Of a DNA stretch of 64,000 nt, positions 62,621-64,000 are shown piece by piece; the first letter of the stretch is position 1, and every line of letters starts with the position of its first letter. The stretch is from NCBI GenBank assembly GCA_963932905.1, contig CAWVRN010000004.1, forward strand, positions 144,384-208,383, in the 5' to 3' direction. The DNA comes from an uncultured Bdellovibrio sp. GTDB lineage: Bacteria; Bdellovibrionota; Bdellovibrionia; Bdellovibrionales; Bdellovibrionaceae. A model generated the notes under the pieces. It ran no database searches. It was not told the origin of the DNA and saw only the letters and a list, made by a program, of their open reading frames with translations. The position numbers and the translations under genes were made by a program.

Positions 62621-63365
62621 GGGCCTGTTGAAAAAGTCCCATCGCGCCTTGTTTAAATCGATTCGAGAAAAAGAATAAATTTAAGCGAGGGTTCCAATGC
62701 AAGGACAGCATCAATACCAACCAGAATTGTTCAGTCAAATCGATTATGAGTCACTGATCCCAAAAAATCATCTTTTGCATCGAATCGACAATGTTCTGAA
62801 TCTTTCGTTTTTATCTGAACTTACAAAATTACTTTATTCTTCAGGTTTTGGACGACCATCAATTGCGCCGGAAATTTTCTTTCGAATGATTTTACTACAA
62901 GCGCTTTACAATATCGATTCAGATCGACAGCTTTGTGAAGAGGTTGGTTATAATCTAGCGTACAGATGGTTTTGTAGACTTTCACTTACTGATACTGTTC
63001 CAGATCATTCGTCAATGACAAAAATTAGAGATCGCCTTGGTGAAAAAAAACTTATAAAGAAATTTATAATAGAGTTTTGAATCAATGCAATTGAAAAATA
63101 TTTTGAAACGCAAATTAAAGAATTAATTGCCGATCGAGGTTATGGATCAGCAGAAAATTTGGATGCGTTTGAAAAGCGCGGAATCCAGACTAACATTCCA
63201 CTTTGGAGTTCAAGATCGGGCGGAACACTGACTGCTGAAATTGAGCAAGGATTTAAAATAGCTGAAGATGGTAAGACCGTAACTTGTCCAGAGGGTAACC
63301 GCTTAACATTGGTTGGAATGATGGCCTATGAGGAAGGTTTAAAAAGGACAAAACCTGAGAATTGA
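62621..63365 (+). mobile_element. decayed IS1182-family element (transposase fragments 62697-63080 and ~63090-63365)
   Basis: IPKNHLL..ID, GRPSI.PE, SDRQLCE, PDHSSMTKIRDRLG; later ADRGYGS and CPEG; frameshift and internal deletion; GGCCTGTTGAAAAA end-like motif at 62621. Confidence 0.8.
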
Positions 63366-63423
63366 AAATTTTTAAAATTTAAAATTCTCGATCAAACTTC
63401 GTAAGTACTTGAATTTCAGGCAT

Positions 63424-63453
63424 AAAAAAACCCACTCAAGGCGGGTTATTTTT
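63424..63453. terminator. bidirectional intrinsic terminator-like hairpin
   Basis: A-run + AACCCACT-CA-AGGCGGGTT + ATTTTTT. Confidence 0.55.
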
Positions 63454-63458
63454 AAACT

Positions 63459-63921
63459 GGTAGTGAGACTCACCTATTAAGCGAACCCACGCAACCTACT
63501 GCAATCATTGAGCTTCCTGAACCTGAAAGGCTCGGCATTTACGCTCAATTTGCCGAATTATACTTGAAAGATCACTCTCTGCGGGAAATAGAACAGCAGA
63601 CCGGCACTGCTAAATCTATAATTAGAAGACGTCTGATTTCTAACGGAATTAAGTTGCGAAGTCATATCGCCGTTTCTTTCTCTTCAAAAAGAATCGTGCC
63701 GGGAAAAAGTAACATTCGCACGCCTTATAGATTTTTTTAAGCTTTGGAAATCAGATACCAATCCCAATAGAATTTCAGATCTTCTCAACGAGAAAAACAT
63801 TCCACCACGAATCGCAAAGTGCTGGAACCGAAATTCCGCAATCAATATTTTAACCCGACTTGAAAACAAACAAATTGTCTCAAAAGGAGGCCAACCGGCT
63901 AAAGCGAAGGCAGATAGCTAA
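63459..63921 (+). pseudogene. HTH + recombinase-domain (serine recombinase DNA-binding type) remnant
   Basis: Two frames: LYLKDHSLREIEQQTGTAKSIIRRRL...TPYRF* and NRISDLLNEKNIPPRIAKCWNRNSAINILTR. Confidence 0.55.
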
Positions 63922-64000
63922 GACAGCAGAAAAAAGTTTTGGGTAACGAGTTATCTTGTCTAGATTCGTATCAATCTTAATAAAACCGATTAAAGAAAGA

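Overview
The window looks like a chromosomal segment of a Bdellovibrionota-like bacterium. This is an inference from FQNC/FNNC-type lipoprotein signals, many secreted hypothetical proteins and an AT-rich background. 1-20300 is mostly core content: 5' part of pgi, a 4-gene exported cytochrome c/Tat/lipoprotein cluster, pstSCAB with a Pho-like box, a MASE1-CHASE histidine kinase, mscL and oxyR-ahpCF. 20300-35400 is an accessory island and the most interesting region. It holds a 5'-truncated Rhs gene with a Tlde1/DUF2778-like toxin tip, followed by seven orphan Rhs-tip + small immunity-like gene modules. Five of these are preceded by a conserved linker (~75-115 bp; one copy collapsed) with CGGCCG boxes and a hairpin that joins the Rhs core at the same codon each time. 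Two 5'-truncated copies of an atypical tyrosine recombinase, each followed by a conserved GC-rich palindromic sequence, cap the arrays. This suggests, but does not prove, a recombinase-driven toxin-tip cassette system. The island also has a PIN-domain gene pair, an IS3-like mini element, REP-like inverted repeats and one high-GC foreign gene. 35500-64000 holds a possibly Pho-regulated hypothetical gene, an SLT-domain gene, LysR/oxidoreductase/MFS genes, a fluoride riboswitch with a CLC-F exporter, tRNA-Arg(CCT), many secreted hypothetical proteins and decayed IS1182 and recombinase remnants. All family calls come from motif recognition by eye, not from database searches.
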